A stretch of 64,000 nucleotides of DNA from an uncultured Flavobacterium sp. (GCF_937967675.1 NZ_CALBSN010000090.1:6851-70850), one strand, 5' to 3'. Shown: positions 9,309-20,106, counted from the stretch's first letter. Translations and numbers: made by a program. Notes: generated by a model not told the origin, from the sequence alone.

Positions 9309-11230
9309 TTTACAAATTTTTGGATTAGTAGTTCTGTTATTAAAAATAGTAGTGTTGCGATGATAAACCATTTCCAAATTTCATTGCTTGTGCGTTCAGA
9401 AGCAATGTCGTTTAGAACGGTGGATATGTTGTTTACTTTAGTGAAATTCTCAAAATTGGCAGTCGAAACTTGCGTTAAATCGCTTTCCGTTCTTGGATAG
9501 TTGAAACTGATTTTCTTTAGCGAATTGTTCGCTTTTATCACATCAAAATTTCCTGCTTCTTCTGGATAATCGCCAAATGATAATTTACATTTGGTATTCA
9601 AAATTTGTTGCATTGGAATGAAACTATAACCATCTTTTTGAACTGAAACGACTTCGTCTTTGGCTAAAATAGTTTCTAAAATCAGGTTTTCGTTTTCACC
9701 AATGATATAAGCGTTAATTCCTGTTTTGCCTTGATTTTGTCCCATATTGTAAAAGGTTGGAACAATTAAAGGTGCATTTTGAAAGTTGCTATTTTGTTTA
9801 TTAATCGGAGCCGAAAAAGCGTAAAAAGTTCCCAATCGATTGGTAGTCGAACCCACAAAAACCGAGTTGTCTTCGTATTGTAAAATGTTCGTAATTCCTG
9901 ATAAAGTGAAGCTTTCTTTCACATTTGGATATTGAAAATTGCTCACTTTTTTCTCAAAAACCGTTTGGTATAACGGATGATTAAAGTTGATTTTTGTAAT
10001 TTGTTTTCCAGAAGTTGAAAGTTGGGAATAATTCAATCCACCGAAGTTTTTCGCGAAAGCATTTAATAAAGAAGGTGTGTTTTTCGCATTCGGAATTAAA
10101 ACAATATTGCCGCCTTTTTCGTAAAATGATTTTAAAGTCGTTCCTAAAGCAACTGGCAAATCTTCTAATTCATTTAACACAATTGCATCTTGATTTTCGA
10201 TTTGATTGTAATCTAAAGTCGCCAATTCCGTACTCTGAAAATTAAATTCATCAGCAGTAAAAATGCGACTTAAGAAATTGTTTTTATCTGAATTTCCGAT
10301 GGCGATTACATTTGCTTTTTCTGGTTTTGAAATGCTTAAATAGTAATCGTTGTCATAGCTTAAGCTGTTATCTTCGATATTGATGTTTCCGTGAAAATCA
10401 TTTTTTGGAATGGTGATTGCAATTTCTGTTTTTGGATTTTCAAATTTAGCAATGGTTTTGGCAATCGCTTTATTGTTACTGAAAACAGAAAGTGGCACTT
10501 CATTTTCGTTTTCTCCAAAAGCTTGAAGCGTGATTTTTAGTTCGTAAAACTGATCTAAGACTTGTGAAATTACGACTTTATCAATACTGATATTGGTTTT
10601 GTTTTGTGCTTCGGGTTGGATGAAATACACCACATTATTTTCTGCTAAATTCAATGCTTTTTTGCTTTCCGATTGAATCGCATCGGTAATGATAACGTAA
10701 TCTTTTTTGGTGTTTTTCTTTTTGGTTTCTACTTGATTGATCAAATAATCCAATTGAAACGGCATCGCAGAATACTTTAAATTCTGCAATTCTTTTTGAA
10801 TGGATTTGATATCGGTGTCCCAAAACACTTCGGAATTCGTAAGTAATGAGAATTGTTGGTTTTCGGGTAATTCTTCTAATAAATCTTGGATGCTTCGTTT
10901 GAGTAATTCGCCTTTTGCACCTTTGGCTTGCATTGAAAACGAGTTGTCTAATAAAATGATGAGTTCGTTTCCTTTGTTTGTGGTGTCTTTGGCGTCAAAA
11001 AAAGGTTGGGCAAAAGCGATAATTAAGCAAGCTAACAACAATAGGCGAGTAGCCAACAACAACCATTTCTTGATTTTAGAACTTTTTCGGGTTTGAATTT
11101 GAAGTTCCTTCAGAAGCTTTACGTTAGTAAAATATTCTTTTTTAAAACGACGTAATTGAAATAAATGCACCAAAATTGGTATAACCAACAGAAAAAGGAA
11201 GTAGAGAATTTCTGGATGTTTGAACTGCAT
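9305..11230 (-). CDS. BatA-N-domain (aerotolerance-regulator-type) membrane protein
   Basis: 641 aa. The N-terminus HPEILYFLFLLVIPILVHL…RRF plus a second TM matches the BatA N-terminal domain pattern. There is also a C-terminal TM anchor. Confidence 0.6.
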   Translation of the reverse strand: MQFKHPEILYFLFLLVIPILVHLFQLRRFKKEYFTNVKLLKELQIQTRKSSKIKKWLLLATRLLLLACLIIAFAQPFFDAKDTTNKGNELIILLDNSFSMQAKGAKGELLKRSIQDLLEELPENQQFSLLTNSEVFWDTDIKSIQKELQNLKYSAMPFQLDYLINQVETKKKNTKKDYVIITDAIQSESKKALNLAENNVVYFIQPEAQNKTNISIDKVVISQVLDQFYELKITLQAFGENENEVPLSVFSNNKAIAKTIAKFENPKTEIAITIPKNDFHGNINIEDNSLSYDNDYYLSISKPEKANVIAIGNSDKNNFLSRIFTADEFNFQSTELATLDYNQIENQDAIVLNELEDLPVALGTTLKSFYEKGGNIVLIPNAKNTPSLLNAFAKNFGGLNYSQLSTSGKQITKINFNHPLYQTVFEKKVSNFQYPNVKESFTLSGITNILQYEDNSVFVGSTTNRLGTFYAFSAPINKQNSNFQNAPLIVPTFYNMGQNQGKTGINAYIIGENENLILETILAKDEVVSVQKDGYSFIPMQQILNTKCKLSFGDYPEEAGNFDVIKANNSLKKISFNYPRTESDLTQVSTANFENFTKVNNISTVLNDIASERTSNEIWKWFIIATLLFLITELLIQKFVK

Positions 11231-11247
11231 TTATTATTAGAATTTGT

Positions 11248-11255
11248 CAAAAGTA
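11248..11255 (-). promoter_or_regulatory. -7 promoter box (TAnnTTTG)
   Basis: Plus-strand caaaagta, 18 nt upstream of the ATG at 11230. Confidence 0.5.
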
Positions 11256-11267
11256 CGAAATTCCATT

Positions 11268-11295
11268 TAGAATTTAGAAATTAGAATTCAGAAAA
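11268..11295. repeat. 4x tandem heptamer TTAGAAW
   Basis: ttagaat ttagaaa ttagaat tcagaaa. A near-identical block occurs at 35565-35592. Confidence 0.8.
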
Positions 11296-11394
11296 TGTTG
11301 TATAGTATTTTTTGGAACGCGGATGACACGGATTTGAGAAATTTACACGGATTTTTTTCTGCCAACTCAAAACTGAACACTGATCACTAAAATA

Positions 11395-12741
11395 TTATCT
11401 CTTCTTTTTCTTCTCCGCGCGTTTTCTTTCTACTGCTCGGTTTCTGGATTCTGTTTTTCTTGGAGTACGTTTTCCTGGACCGCCTAGGTTGACTTTTTTG
11501 TTTTTGTCTTTCTTTTGATGGAAAGCATCGCCACCTTCTTTTTTAGGGGTTTTTAGTAAGAACTTCATTTTTTTCTTTTCCTTTTCGAAGTCTAAATAGC
11601 GTTCTTCTATTTTTAAATCTTCTGGAATAGGAAGTTCTTTGATTTCGGTATTCATTAATAATTCTACCTCAATTTTTGGTTCTACTTCACTTGGTGAAAT
11701 CAAACTTATGGCAACACCTGTTTTATCAGCACGACCTGTTCTACCGATGCGGTGCATGTATTTTTCTGGTTCTTCTGTAAATTGTAAGTTGATAACGTGC
11801 GTAATATCCGAAATATCCAAACCACGTGCCATGATATCGGTTGTAACCAAACCTCTTAATTCGCCCGCCTGAAATGCTGCCATTGTATTCAAACGGTAAT
11901 TTTGTGATTTGTTTGAGTGAATGACACCAAATTGCTCTGGAAATTCGCTTTCTAAGGTTTCAGAAACTAATTCTACAATACGTTTGTTGTTTACGAAAAT
12001 CAACACACGATCCATTCCTTCTGTTTCGTGAATTAAATGTTTTAGTAGATTTAATTTGGTTAAGAAATTCGGAACTTGATATACAATTTGCTCGATTTGC
12101 TCTAATGGTGTTCCGCTTGGGGCCAAGGAAACTTCTTCAGGAAAATCAAAATATTCGTCTAACATTTCATCTACTTCTTCGGTCATGGTGGCCGAGAATA
12201 AGATGTTTTGTTTTTTGCCACGCATCATAGTTAAAATGGAAGTCAATTGCGTACGGAAACCTAAGTTTAAGATTTCGTCAAATTCGTCAATGACTAATTT
12301 TTGAAGCGAATCGAAACGTAAAACACCGTCAAGCGCTAAATCCATAACACGACCTGGCGTTCCAACTAAAATATCGACACCTTCTGCTAATGCTTTTCTT
12401 TGTGTGTTGATGTTAACGCCACCATATATACCAAGCGTTCTCACACTCATATATTTTGTCAGTTTTTCAACTTCTTCAGCTACTTGAACTACTAATTCAC
12501 GCGTTGGAACTAAAATAACTACTCTTGGTGATTCGTTATTTTGAAATTTCCATTGTTTTAGGATTGGTAACAAGTAAGCGAAGGTTTTACCTGTTCCGGT
12601 TTGTGCAATTCCCATTACGTCTCTTCCTGATAGAATTACAGCATGCGATTTTTCTTGAATAGGTGTAGCGTGAACAAAACCTAATTCGTCTAATGCTTTT
12701 TGTAGTGATTTTGGTAAATCGAATTCTTGGAACGTTTTCAT
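11395..12741 (-). CDS. DEAD-box ATP-dependent RNA helicase with basic C-terminal tail
   Basis: Motifs AQTGTGKT, PTRELV, motif II as DEFD, SAT and HRIGRTGR. Lys/Arg-rich C-terminus. Confidence 0.9.
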   Translation of the reverse strand: MKTFQEFDLPKSLQKALDELGFVHATPIQEKSHAVILSGRDVMGIAQTGTGKTFAYLLPILKQWKFQNNESPRVVILVPTRELVVQVAEEVEKLTKYMSVRTLGIYGGVNINTQRKALAEGVDILVGTPGRVMDLALDGVLRFDSLQKLVIDEFDEILNLGFRTQLTSILTMMRGKKQNILFSATMTEEVDEMLDEYFDFPEEVSLAPSGTPLEQIEQIVYQVPNFLTKLNLLKHLIHETEGMDRVLIFVNNKRIVELVSETLESEFPEQFGVIHSNKSQNYRLNTMAAFQAGELRGLVTTDIMARGLDISDITHVINLQFTEEPEKYMHRIGRTGRADKTGVAISLISPSEVEPKIEVELLMNTEIKELPIPEDLKIEERYLDFEKEKKKMKFLLKTPKKEGGDAFHQKKDKNKKVNLGGPGKRTPRKTESRNRAVERKRAEKKKKR

Positions 12742-12758
12742 GGGTATTAAATTTGCTG

Positions 12759-12766
12759 CAAAGGTA
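12759..12766 (-). promoter_or_regulatory. -7 promoter box (TAnnTTTG)
   Basis: Plus-strand caaaggta, 18 nt upstream of the ATG at 12741. Confidence 0.5.
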
Positions 12767-12891
12767 CATAAACTTTTTGGAATGGTATTTGTGTCATGTT
12801 GCGAGTGAAAACTAGTTGTATTTGCTTAATTTTATTACTACTTTCGATTTTTAAACAATAATTTCGTCGAAGTTTAGTTTTTACTCCAGCT

Positions 12892-14718
12892 ATGAAATTG
12901 AAACTTATTCTTTTTTTATGTATTTGTATGATTTCCTTGAAAGGAAACGCGCAAACTATTGAAAAAAAAAGTGATAGTGTTTCTGTCTATCAAAATATTA
13001 ATGATTTATCTAAAAAAAGTAAATTTTCGAGATTTGTTTACAAGTTGATTTTTAAAGAATCTGCTTTAAAAGCGGAGAATTTGGTTCCTTTTAAGCCTAA
13101 AAAAGAGGTTAAAGTGGTCAAAAAGCATCAAGAAGGAAAGGTTATTCGCGATATTACAATTGAAACGTTAGATCCATTTGGATATTCGGTTACAAACGAA
13201 AAGAAAGTTCCAAAACACAAATTAGAGCATTTTGGTAATACCGTTCATATTAAGACAAAAGAAGTCACCATAAGAAATAGTATTCTTTTTAAAAAGTATG
13301 ATAAATTAGATTCCAAATTATTGTTAGAATCAGAACGTTTGATAAGAAGCCAGCGTTATATTCGCGAAGTTACTATAGTTCCCGTTGATATTCCTAAAAA
13401 TAAAGACTCCATTGATATTAAAATTAGGGTTTTGGATTCGTGGACTTTGATTCCTACAGGAACTTTATCTTCAACAGAAAGTAGTGCTAAGTTAACTGAG
13501 CGTAATATTTTAGGATTTGGGCATTTGATAAGTGGTAATGTAAAAAATCGTTTTGATACAAAAGAGCGCGCCACTTATGCGCAGTATTCTATTAATAATA
13601 TTAAAAATACATTTGTTAGGTTTGACTTTAACTATGGGAATGATTTTGATAATGATAGCAGACGGAGTATTAATATCAACAGACCATTTTATTCTGTGAT
13701 TGTAAAAAATGCTGGTGGTATTTATTATGAAAATCAATTGATGACGGAGCTTTTTCCACAAGGAAATGAGATAACACCCAAGCAAGTTTCCTATGATTTT
13801 CAGGAATATTGGTATGGAAGAGCCTTAAAAGTAACCCCCAAGTCAAATTCGGAGCGTTATTTTACCAATTTAATTTTAGCATTGACTTACAACGAAAAAA
13901 AATTTAATATAACGCCTAGCCTAAGTTTAGATCCAACAAGATATTTTTCAAATGAAAAGAATTGGATTGGAATGATTGGGGTTTCGAGACAAAAATTCTA
14001 TCAAGATACATTTGTTTTTAATTATTACATTACAGAGGATATTCCATACGGAGAAAATATTGCACTAATCATTGGGCATCAGGAGAAAAATAGTAACTCA
14101 AGAATGTACACTGGGTTAAGTGTTTCTTATGGGAAAAAATGTTCTTTTGGCTATGCTAGTGGTTTTGCAGAATGGGGAAGTTTTTATGATGCAGGCTTAA
14201 CCGAACAAACTACTTTTAGGTTGGGATTAAATTATTTTAGTCCATTAATTAATATAGGAAATTGGCGTTTTCGACAGTTTATAAAACCCACCTATGTTTG
14301 GGGAAATAACCGAGATGAATCATTTAAAGATCGTTTGACTTTACTTGACGAGGATGGCTTGCCAGGGTTTAATAATCGTTTGAACGGCACACAAAAATGG
14401 ACTGTTTCTTTTCAAACACAATCGTATATTCCCGGCAGTTGGTATGGTTTTCGATTTAGTCCGTATTTCAACATGACGCTTGGTTCTTTGGCAAACGAAA
14501 AAGCTTTGTTTTCGAGTAAAGTATATTCCAAATTTAGTATTGGAGCTTTAATCAATAATGACTTTTTGGTATTTAATAGTTTTCAAATTTCATTTTCGTA
14601 TTATCCAACTATTCCATTTGAGGGTGATGGTATTAATAAGATTAATTCGTTTGAGAATACGAATTTATCGCTTTATGATTTTCAATTGTCAAAGCCGGCA
14701 TATATAAAATACGAATGA
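12892..14718 (+). CDS. Secreted beta-rich (outer-membrane-type) protein, function unknown
   Basis: 608 aa with a signal peptide (ISLKGNAQ) and aromatic/Gly-rich beta-strand-like composition. An Omp85-like fold is only a guess. Confidence 0.5.
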   Translation: MKLKLILFLCICMISLKGNAQTIEKKSDSVSVYQNINDLSKKSKFSRFVYKLIFKESALKAENLVPFKPKKEVKVVKKHQEGKVIRDITIETLDPFGYSVTNEKKVPKHKLEHFGNTVHIKTKEVTIRNSILFKKYDKLDSKLLLESERLIRSQRYIREVTIVPVDIPKNKDSIDIKIRVLDSWTLIPTGTLSSTESSAKLTERNILGFGHLISGNVKNRFDTKERATYAQYSINNIKNTFVRFDFNYGNDFDNDSRRSININRPFYSVIVKNAGGIYYENQLMTELFPQGNEITPKQVSYDFQEYWYGRALKVTPKSNSERYFTNLILALTYNEKKFNITPSLSLDPTRYFSNEKNWIGMIGVSRQKFYQDTFVFNYYITEDIPYGENIALIIGHQEKNSNSRMYTGLSVSYGKKCSFGYASGFAEWGSFYDAGLTEQTTFRLGLNYFSPLINIGNWRFRQFIKPTYVWGNNRDESFKDRLTLLDEDGLPGFNNRLNGTQKWTVSFQTQSYIPGSWYGFRFSPYFNMTLGSLANEKALFSSKVYSKFSIGALINNDFLVFNSFQISFSYYPTIPFEGDGINKINSFENTNLSLYDFQLSKPAYIKYE

Positions 14719-14770
14719 TTTAAGTGGATGTTATAAAAAGATAGAGAGTAGCATTTCATATAATATTCAC

Positions 14771-16135
14771 TTAAATCGTCATAGAAAATAGTTTTGTTTC
14801 AGGAGCTTTTCGAATTAAACGTAAATCAAAAGCCATACAAATATTACGCACAAAAGGTTTTCCTTTTTCAGTTACCATAATGCTATCATTTTGAATGGTT
14901 AAAATGCCGTCATCTTCCATTTCTTCCAGGCTTGCTAATACAGATGATAATTCAGGAAAATCTAGAGTTTTATCTTTCCATGAGGTAGTAAATTGGCACA
15001 TTAAATTTAAAATATGTCTTCTAATAATTAAATCTTCTGAAGTTAGAACGTGACCTCTAAAAATAGGCAATTGATTGTCTGCTAAATGCGTATAATAATC
15101 TTCTATTGTTTTTTCATTTTGCGCAAAACTGTACCAACTATCACTAATAGAAGACACGCCTAAGCCTATCATTAATTGTGTTTTTGAAGCGGTATAGCCC
15201 ATGAAATTACGATGCAGTTTTCCTTCTTTGAATGAAGTATACATGCTATCGTTTTCTAATGCAAAGTGATCCATTCCAATTTCATGGTAGCCGTTTTGTG
15301 CCAATTGTTTTTTACCTTCTTCATACAACATTCGTTTCTCGTCGTCTTTTGGTAAATCTTCGTCTTTAAATCCGCGTTGACCGTTGCCTTTAATCCATGG
15401 CACGTGTGCGTAACTGTAAAAAGCTAATCTATCGGGTTGTAACGATTTGGTTTTATCAATTGTATCTTTAACGTCGGCTAATGTTTGAAATGGTAATCCA
15501 AAAATTAAGTCGTGACCAATAGATGTATATCCAATTTCTTTTGCCCAAAATGTTACTTTCGCAACATTGTGAAAGGGTTGTATTCGATGAATTGCTTCTT
15601 GCACTTTTGGCGAATAATCTTGCACTCCAAAACTTACTCTTCTAAAACCTAAATTGTAAAGTGTTTGTAAATGTTGTTTAGTAGTATTGTTTGGATGTCC
15701 TTCAAAGCTAAATTCATGGTCTTCAGCTTTAGTTGCGTATTGAAATATGCCCTTTATTAAGTATTCAAGATTTTCCGGAGAAAAGAATGTTGGGGTACCA
15801 CCACCTAAGTGAATTTCTTTGATTATGGGTTTTCTGGGAAATAAATCGCAATATAATTTCCATTCTTTAATAACAGCTGCAATGTAAGGGTCTTCCACTT
15901 CATGACGTTTGGTAATGCGCTTGTTACAGCCACAAAAGGTACATAAACTTTCACAAAACGGAAGGTGAATATATAAGCTAATACCTTCTGTATTGTTAGA
16001 TTCTTTAAACGATTGCAACAATGTTTTTTTCCAATCTTCTATGTGGAAATTTTCCTCTTCCCAGTATGGAACAGTTGGATAACTGGTATAGCGGGGACCG
16101 GGAACGTTATATTTTTGGACTATTGAGACTGACAT
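14771..16135 (-). CDS. hemN: Oxygen-independent coproporphyrinogen III oxidase (radical SAM, HemN)
   Basis: 454 aa with the CxxxCxxC cluster motif (CESLCTFCGC), a GGGTPT motif and HemN length. Confidence 0.9.
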   Translation of the reverse strand: MSVSIVQKYNVPGPRYTSYPTVPYWEEENFHIEDWKKTLLQSFKESNNTEGISLYIHLPFCESLCTFCGCNKRITKRHEVEDPYIAAVIKEWKLYCDLFPRKPIIKEIHLGGGTPTFFSPENLEYLIKGIFQYATKAEDHEFSFEGHPNNTTKQHLQTLYNLGFRRVSFGVQDYSPKVQEAIHRIQPFHNVAKVTFWAKEIGYTSIGHDLIFGLPFQTLADVKDTIDKTKSLQPDRLAFYSYAHVPWIKGNGQRGFKDEDLPKDDEKRMLYEEGKKQLAQNGYHEIGMDHFALENDSMYTSFKEGKLHRNFMGYTASKTQLMIGLGVSSISDSWYSFAQNEKTIEDYYTHLADNQLPIFRGHVLTSEDLIIRRHILNLMCQFTTSWKDKTLDFPELSSVLASLEEMEDDGILTIQNDSIMVTEKGKPFVRNICMAFDLRLIRKAPETKLFSMTI

Positions 16136-16158
16136 TAGTATAGATTTTTAGCACCATA

Positions 16159-16166
16159 CAAACTTA
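16159..16166 (-). promoter_or_regulatory. -7 promoter box (TAnnTTTG) for hemN
   Basis: Plus-strand caaactta, 24 nt upstream of the ATG at 16135. Confidence 0.45.
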
Positions 16167-16249
16167 TTGCGCTTCAAAACAAAAAAAAATGATAATTATC
16201 ATATTACGTTTGTGTAACAAATATTACAGATGAAAGTTATTCCAAATCG

Positions 16250-16257
16250 TATCTTTG
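16250..16257 (+). promoter_or_regulatory. -7 promoter box (TAnnTTTG) for thioredoxin
   Basis: tatctttg, 20 nt upstream of the ATG at 16277. Confidence 0.5.
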
Positions 16258-16276
16258 AATTAGAAAAAAATCGATT

Positions 16277-16579
16277 ATGAATGCAAAATTTAATGATATT
16301 ATAAATGGTAACGATTTGGTATTAGTTGATTTCTATGCCGATTGGTGTGGACCTTGTAAAATGATGTCGCCTATCTTACAAGAAGTGAAGTTAGATTTGA
16401 AAGATGCTGTTAAAATTATAAAAGTGAATGTTGACCAACACCAAGATTTGGCGAGTCATTTTATGGTTAGAGGTGTTCCAACGTTAATGTTGTTTAAAAC
16501 AGGAAAGATGTTATGGCGTCAATCGGGAGTGTTGAGTGCTAAAGATTTAACAACTATAATTAGCAATCATTTGAATTAA
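16277..16579 (+). CDS. trxA: Thioredoxin
   Basis: 100 aa with the WCGPC active site. Confidence 0.9.
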   Translation: MNAKFNDIINGNDLVLVDFYADWCGPCKMMSPILQEVKLDLKDAVKIIKVNVDQHQDLASHFMVRGVPTLMLFKTGKMLWRQSGVLSAKDLTTIISNHLN

Positions 16580-16626
16580 TTTTTTTTGTATATTTATAAA
16601 CGAAAACAAACAAAAACATAAAAAGA

Positions 16627-17016
16627 ATGAAATTTAAAGTATTGAGTTTGGTCATCCTATTTTTTGGATTGACTTCTTGTTTGAAGAATCAAGCAGATGG
16701 TGTTCAAGTATTGGATGTAGCCAAATATGAGAAAAAAATGGCTCAACCTGATGTGCAATTGGTAGATGTTCGTACGCCAGAAGAATTTAATGAGGGTCAT
16801 TTAGAAAATGCAATAAATATTGATGTTACGGCTGATGATTTTGATGCCAAAGTAGCTAGTTTAGATAAAGAAAAACCAGTAATGGTTTATTGTAAACTTG
16901 GAGGAAGAAGTTCCAAAGCGGCTACTCGATTAAAAGAATTGGGATTCAAAAATATTTCTGATTTAGAGGGTGGAATTACCAATTGGACAAATGAGAACAA
17001 ACCAATAGTAAAATAA
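16627..17016 (+). CDS. Rhodanese-domain lipoprotein
   Basis: Lipobox LTSC, rhodanese pattern DVRTPEEFNEGHLENAINI, and active-site loop CKLGGRS. Confidence 0.8.
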   Translation: MKFKVLSLVILFFGLTSCLKNQADGVQVLDVAKYEKKMAQPDVQLVDVRTPEEFNEGHLENAINIDVTADDFDAKVASLDKEKPVMVYCKLGGRSSKAATRLKELGFKNISDLEGGITNWTNENKPIVK

Positions 17017-17033
17017 ACTTAATACTTTAGATT

Positions 17034-17246
17034 ATGAAGAAAAATGTAGGTACTGGTGATCGCTTTTTACGAGTTATGATTGGAGTGATTGCTTTAATTT
17101 TAGGACTTTCAGGAATGTTAGACGGAACCATGAAATGGGTTGCATTAGGTGCAGGAATCATGATGGTTGTTACAGCTTCTTTAGAGTTTTGCCCGCTTTA
17201 CACGTTTTTAGGCATCAATACATGTAAGGTAAAATCAAAAAAATAA
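17034..17246 (+). CDS. DUF2892 (YgaP-like) small membrane protein
   Basis: 70 aa with two TM helices and N-terminal GxxDRxxR. Adjacent to a rhodanese gene, as is common for this family. Confidence 0.6.
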   Translation: MKKNVGTGDRFLRVMIGVIALILGLSGMLDGTMKWVALGAGIMMVVTASLEFCPLYTFLGINTCKVKSKK

Positions 17247-17313
17247 AATCAAATTAAAAATTAATATAAGTATGATTTACTTCGGTAAATTGTACTTTTT
17301 TATTTTATACCCT

Positions 17314-17646
17314 ATGATAACTTGGAACGATTTTGAAAGAGTAGAAATGCGCATTGGAACTATCTTAGATGTACAAGATTTTCCAAAAGCAAATAAACCA
17401 GCGTATCAATTAACGATTGATTTTGGTGTTGAATTAGGAATTAAAAAATCTTCTGCACAAATTACCAAGCGTTATACAAAAGAAGAATTGCATGGGAAAC
17501 AAATTATTGCCGTGGTCAATTTTCCAAAAAAACAAATTGCGGATTTTATGAGCGAGTGTTTGGTGTTGGGTTCAGTAGGCGAGGAAAACGATATTGTTTT
17601 GCTGACTTCTGATATTCCTGTTGAAAATGGGTTGCGTATTGGATAA
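17314..17646 (+). CDS. tRNA-binding (CsaA/EMAP-type OB-fold) protein
   Basis: Motif DFERVEMRIGTI…KPAYQLTIDFG…AVVNFPPKQ-like. I prefer the ATG at 17314 to the tracked start at 17272. Confidence 0.75.
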   Translation: MITWNDFERVEMRIGTILDVQDFPKANKPAYQLTIDFGVELGIKKSSAQITKRYTKEELHGKQIIAVVNFPKKQIADFMSECLVLGSVGEENDIVLLTSDIPVENGLRIG

Positions 17647-17652
17647 AAAAAA

Positions 17653-17678
17653 TCCCAAATTCTTAATAGAGTTTGGGA
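17653..17678. terminator. Bidirectional terminator between convergent genes
   Basis: Stem tcccaaa (17653-17659) / tttggga (17672-17678), flanked by an a-run and a t-rich tail. Confidence 0.6.
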
Positions 17679-17701
17679 ATTTATATTATTTATTCAAAAG
17701 A

Positions 17702-18076
17702 TTAAATATCGTCGAAATCAATATTAGTAAAGCTCTCAGCTGATTTTACTTCATCGTTTCCTTCAGTATAAACTTCTCTTTTGAAATCTTTTTGATGTCT
17801 TTCTGAGATTACTTCTTCTCCTTTTTGGTCAAGAACAAAATCCGTCATTTCATCTAAAATTTCTCTGAAAGCAGCAAAATCTTCTTTGTACAAATAGATT
17901 TTGTGTTTTTTAAAGTGAAATGAACCATCTTCTTCTGTAAACTTTTTACTTTCAGTAATGGTAATGTAGTAATCATCTGCTTTTGTAGCTCTTACATCAA
18001 AGAAATACGTTCTTCTTCCTGCACGCAATACTTTAGAAAAAATATCTTCTTTTTCTAACATGTCATTTTCTCTCAT
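17702..18076 (-). CDS. PUR-alpha-like nucleic-acid-binding protein (DUF3276)
   Basis: SKVLRAGRRTYFFDVRATKADDYYITITESKK repeat pattern and an acidic C-terminus. Confidence 0.7.
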   Translation of the reverse strand: MRENDMLEKEDIFSKVLRAGRRTYFFDVRATKADDYYITITESKKFTEEDGSFHFKKHKIYLYKEDFAAFREILDEMTDFVLDQKGEEVISERHQKDFKREVYTEGNDEVKSAESFTNIDFDDI

Positions 18077-18146
18077 AATCCTACTGTCAATTAATTAGTG
18101 TTATAGCGTCTCAAAAATCTAAAAAAAAATCGGATTAAACAAAAGT

Positions 18147-19913
18147 TTATTCAATTTCTTTTTCCGAAAGTTGTTTTAAGTATAACTCTTTGTAGTAACC
18201 ATTAAGGTCTAATAGTTGAGAATGAGTACCTTGCTCTATAATTTTACCTTCGTCTAAAATGATAATCCAATCCGCATTTTTGGCAGAAGAAACTCGGTGA
18301 CTCACAATTATAGTTGTTTTGTCTTTGCAATAGTCTAATAAGTTGTTCAAAATGGTTTCTTCAGTTTCGGTATCTACAGCGCTTAAGCAATCGTCTAAAA
18401 GAAGTACAGGAGCATTTTTAATTAAAGCTCGAGCAATAGAAACACGTTGCTTTTGTCCACCCGATAGCGTAATACCTCGTTCGCCTAAAACCGTTTCATA
18501 TTGCTGATTGAAATTCATGATGTTATCATGAACTACGGCTTTTTTAGCGGCTTCCATAACTTCTTCATCAGTAGCATGTTCGTTCCCGAATTTGATGTTA
18601 TTTTTGATACTATCCGAAAACAAGAAAGCATCTTGTGGCACTACACTAATCTGATTGCGTAAATCAAATAAATTCAAGTCTTTGATGTCTTTATTGTCAA
18701 TTGAAACCGTTCCTGAAGTCGTATCATACAAACGACTAATTAAGGTTAAAAGAGTCGATTTTCCAGAACCTGTTTTTCCTAGAATCGCTAACGTTTTTCC
18801 TTTTTTAACTTCAAACGAAATTTGGTCTAAAGCTTTGATTTTAGTGTCTTCATATTCAAAAGAAACTTTATCAAATTTAATTGCGCCTTCAATTGAAGTA
18901 TGACTGCTAACCGTATTTTTAATTTCAGGTTCCTCTTTTAGGAATTCATTAATACGTTTTTGCGAAGCTTCTGCCTCTTGAACTAATGAAGAAACCCAAC
19001 CCAAAGAAGCTACTGGCCAAGTCAACATGTTGATGTATAAAATGAATTGGGCAATAACTCCAATACTTGCAATTTCAGGATCGTTATTGATGTACATAGA
19101 ACCACCAACATAAACTACAACCAAGTTACTCAATCCAATAAGTAAAATCATTAACGGACCAAAAAGCGAATTTACTCTCGCTAAATCCATTGCTTTTGTT
19201 CTACTCTCATTGCTTAAATCAGTAAATTCATTTTGTTTTTTACCTTCAATCGCATAGGCTTTAATTACTCGAATTCCAGAGAAAATTTCTTGTGTAAACG
19301 AAGAAAGCGTTGATAAATTCTTTTGAAATTCGCCACTACGTTTATGAATCATCGAACTAATTTTGAAAATACTATACGATAAAAGAGGTAATGGTAATAA
19401 AGAATATAAAGTTAGTTTTGGTGAAATGTTGTACATGTAAATCACCACAATTGTAAAACGCATTAAGGTATTTAACGAATACATTACGGCTGGACCTACA
19501 TACATTCTCACTTTTCCAACGTCTTCGCTAATGCGATTCATTAAATCTCCGGTGCGATTGCGTTTGTAGAAACTTTGCGATAAGGTTTGGTAATGATTGA
19601 ATATTTCGTTTTTCAAATCAAATTCCACATGGCGCGACATTACAATCAAAGTTTGACGCATTAAGAAGGTGAAAAATCCGGCGATAATTGTGGTTCCTAA
19701 AATCAGCAAAATGTTGTGAAATAATGATTTTTGAAAGCTAAGTAAGTCGCCATCTGGACTTTTTACGTAGTCTTCAATTACTTTTATGGAGTTTCCAATT
19801 AACTCTGGAGTAAATAAAGAGAAGATTTGTGCTACAATCGTAATAACTATTCCAAGTAGGAAGCGATATTTGTATTTGACAAAGTATTTGTTTAAATATT
19901 GTAATTCTTTCAT
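18147..19913 (-). CDS. ABC exporter, fused permease/ATP-binding protein (MsbA/multidrug type)
   Basis: Six-TM N-terminal domain. NBD with Walker A GKTGSGKST, signature LSGGQKQR and Walker B LLLDD. Confidence 0.9.
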   Translation of the reverse strand: MKELQYLNKYFVKYKYRFLLGIVITIVAQIFSLFTPELIGNSIKVIEDYVKSPDGDLLSFQKSLFHNILLILGTTIIAGFFTFLMRQTLIVMSRHVEFDLKNEIFNHYQTLSQSFYKRNRTGDLMNRISEDVGKVRMYVGPAVMYSLNTLMRFTIVVIYMYNISPKLTLYSLLPLPLLSYSIFKISSMIHKRSGEFQKNLSTLSSFTQEIFSGIRVIKAYAIEGKKQNEFTDLSNESRTKAMDLARVNSLFGPLMILLIGLSNLVVVYVGGSMYINNDPEIASIGVIAQFILYINMLTWPVASLGWVSSLVQEAEASQKRINEFLKEEPEIKNTVSSHTSIEGAIKFDKVSFEYEDTKIKALDQISFEVKKGKTLAILGKTGSGKSTLLTLISRLYDTTSGTVSIDNKDIKDLNLFDLRNQISVVPQDAFLFSDSIKNNIKFGNEHATDEEVMEAAKKAVVHDNIMNFNQQYETVLGERGITLSGGQKQRVSIARALIKNAPVLLLDDCLSAVDTETEETILNNLLDYCKDKTTIIVSHRVSSAKNADWIIILDEGKIIEQGTHSQLLDLNGYYKELYLKQLSEKEIE

Positions 19914-20106
19914 AGTATTCTTTAGTGTGATACCATTTCTGTATCAAATTCATTAAAAAGATAATCAATTGATAATGAACGATTATCGAGTTTTTTCGCT
20001 TTTCATTGCTAAATTATTAAATTAAATATAATTTTTTGAATCATTTTAAAATTATTCGTAATATTGTAACTAAATATTGAATAATTTTCAACATAACTCA
20101 AATCGC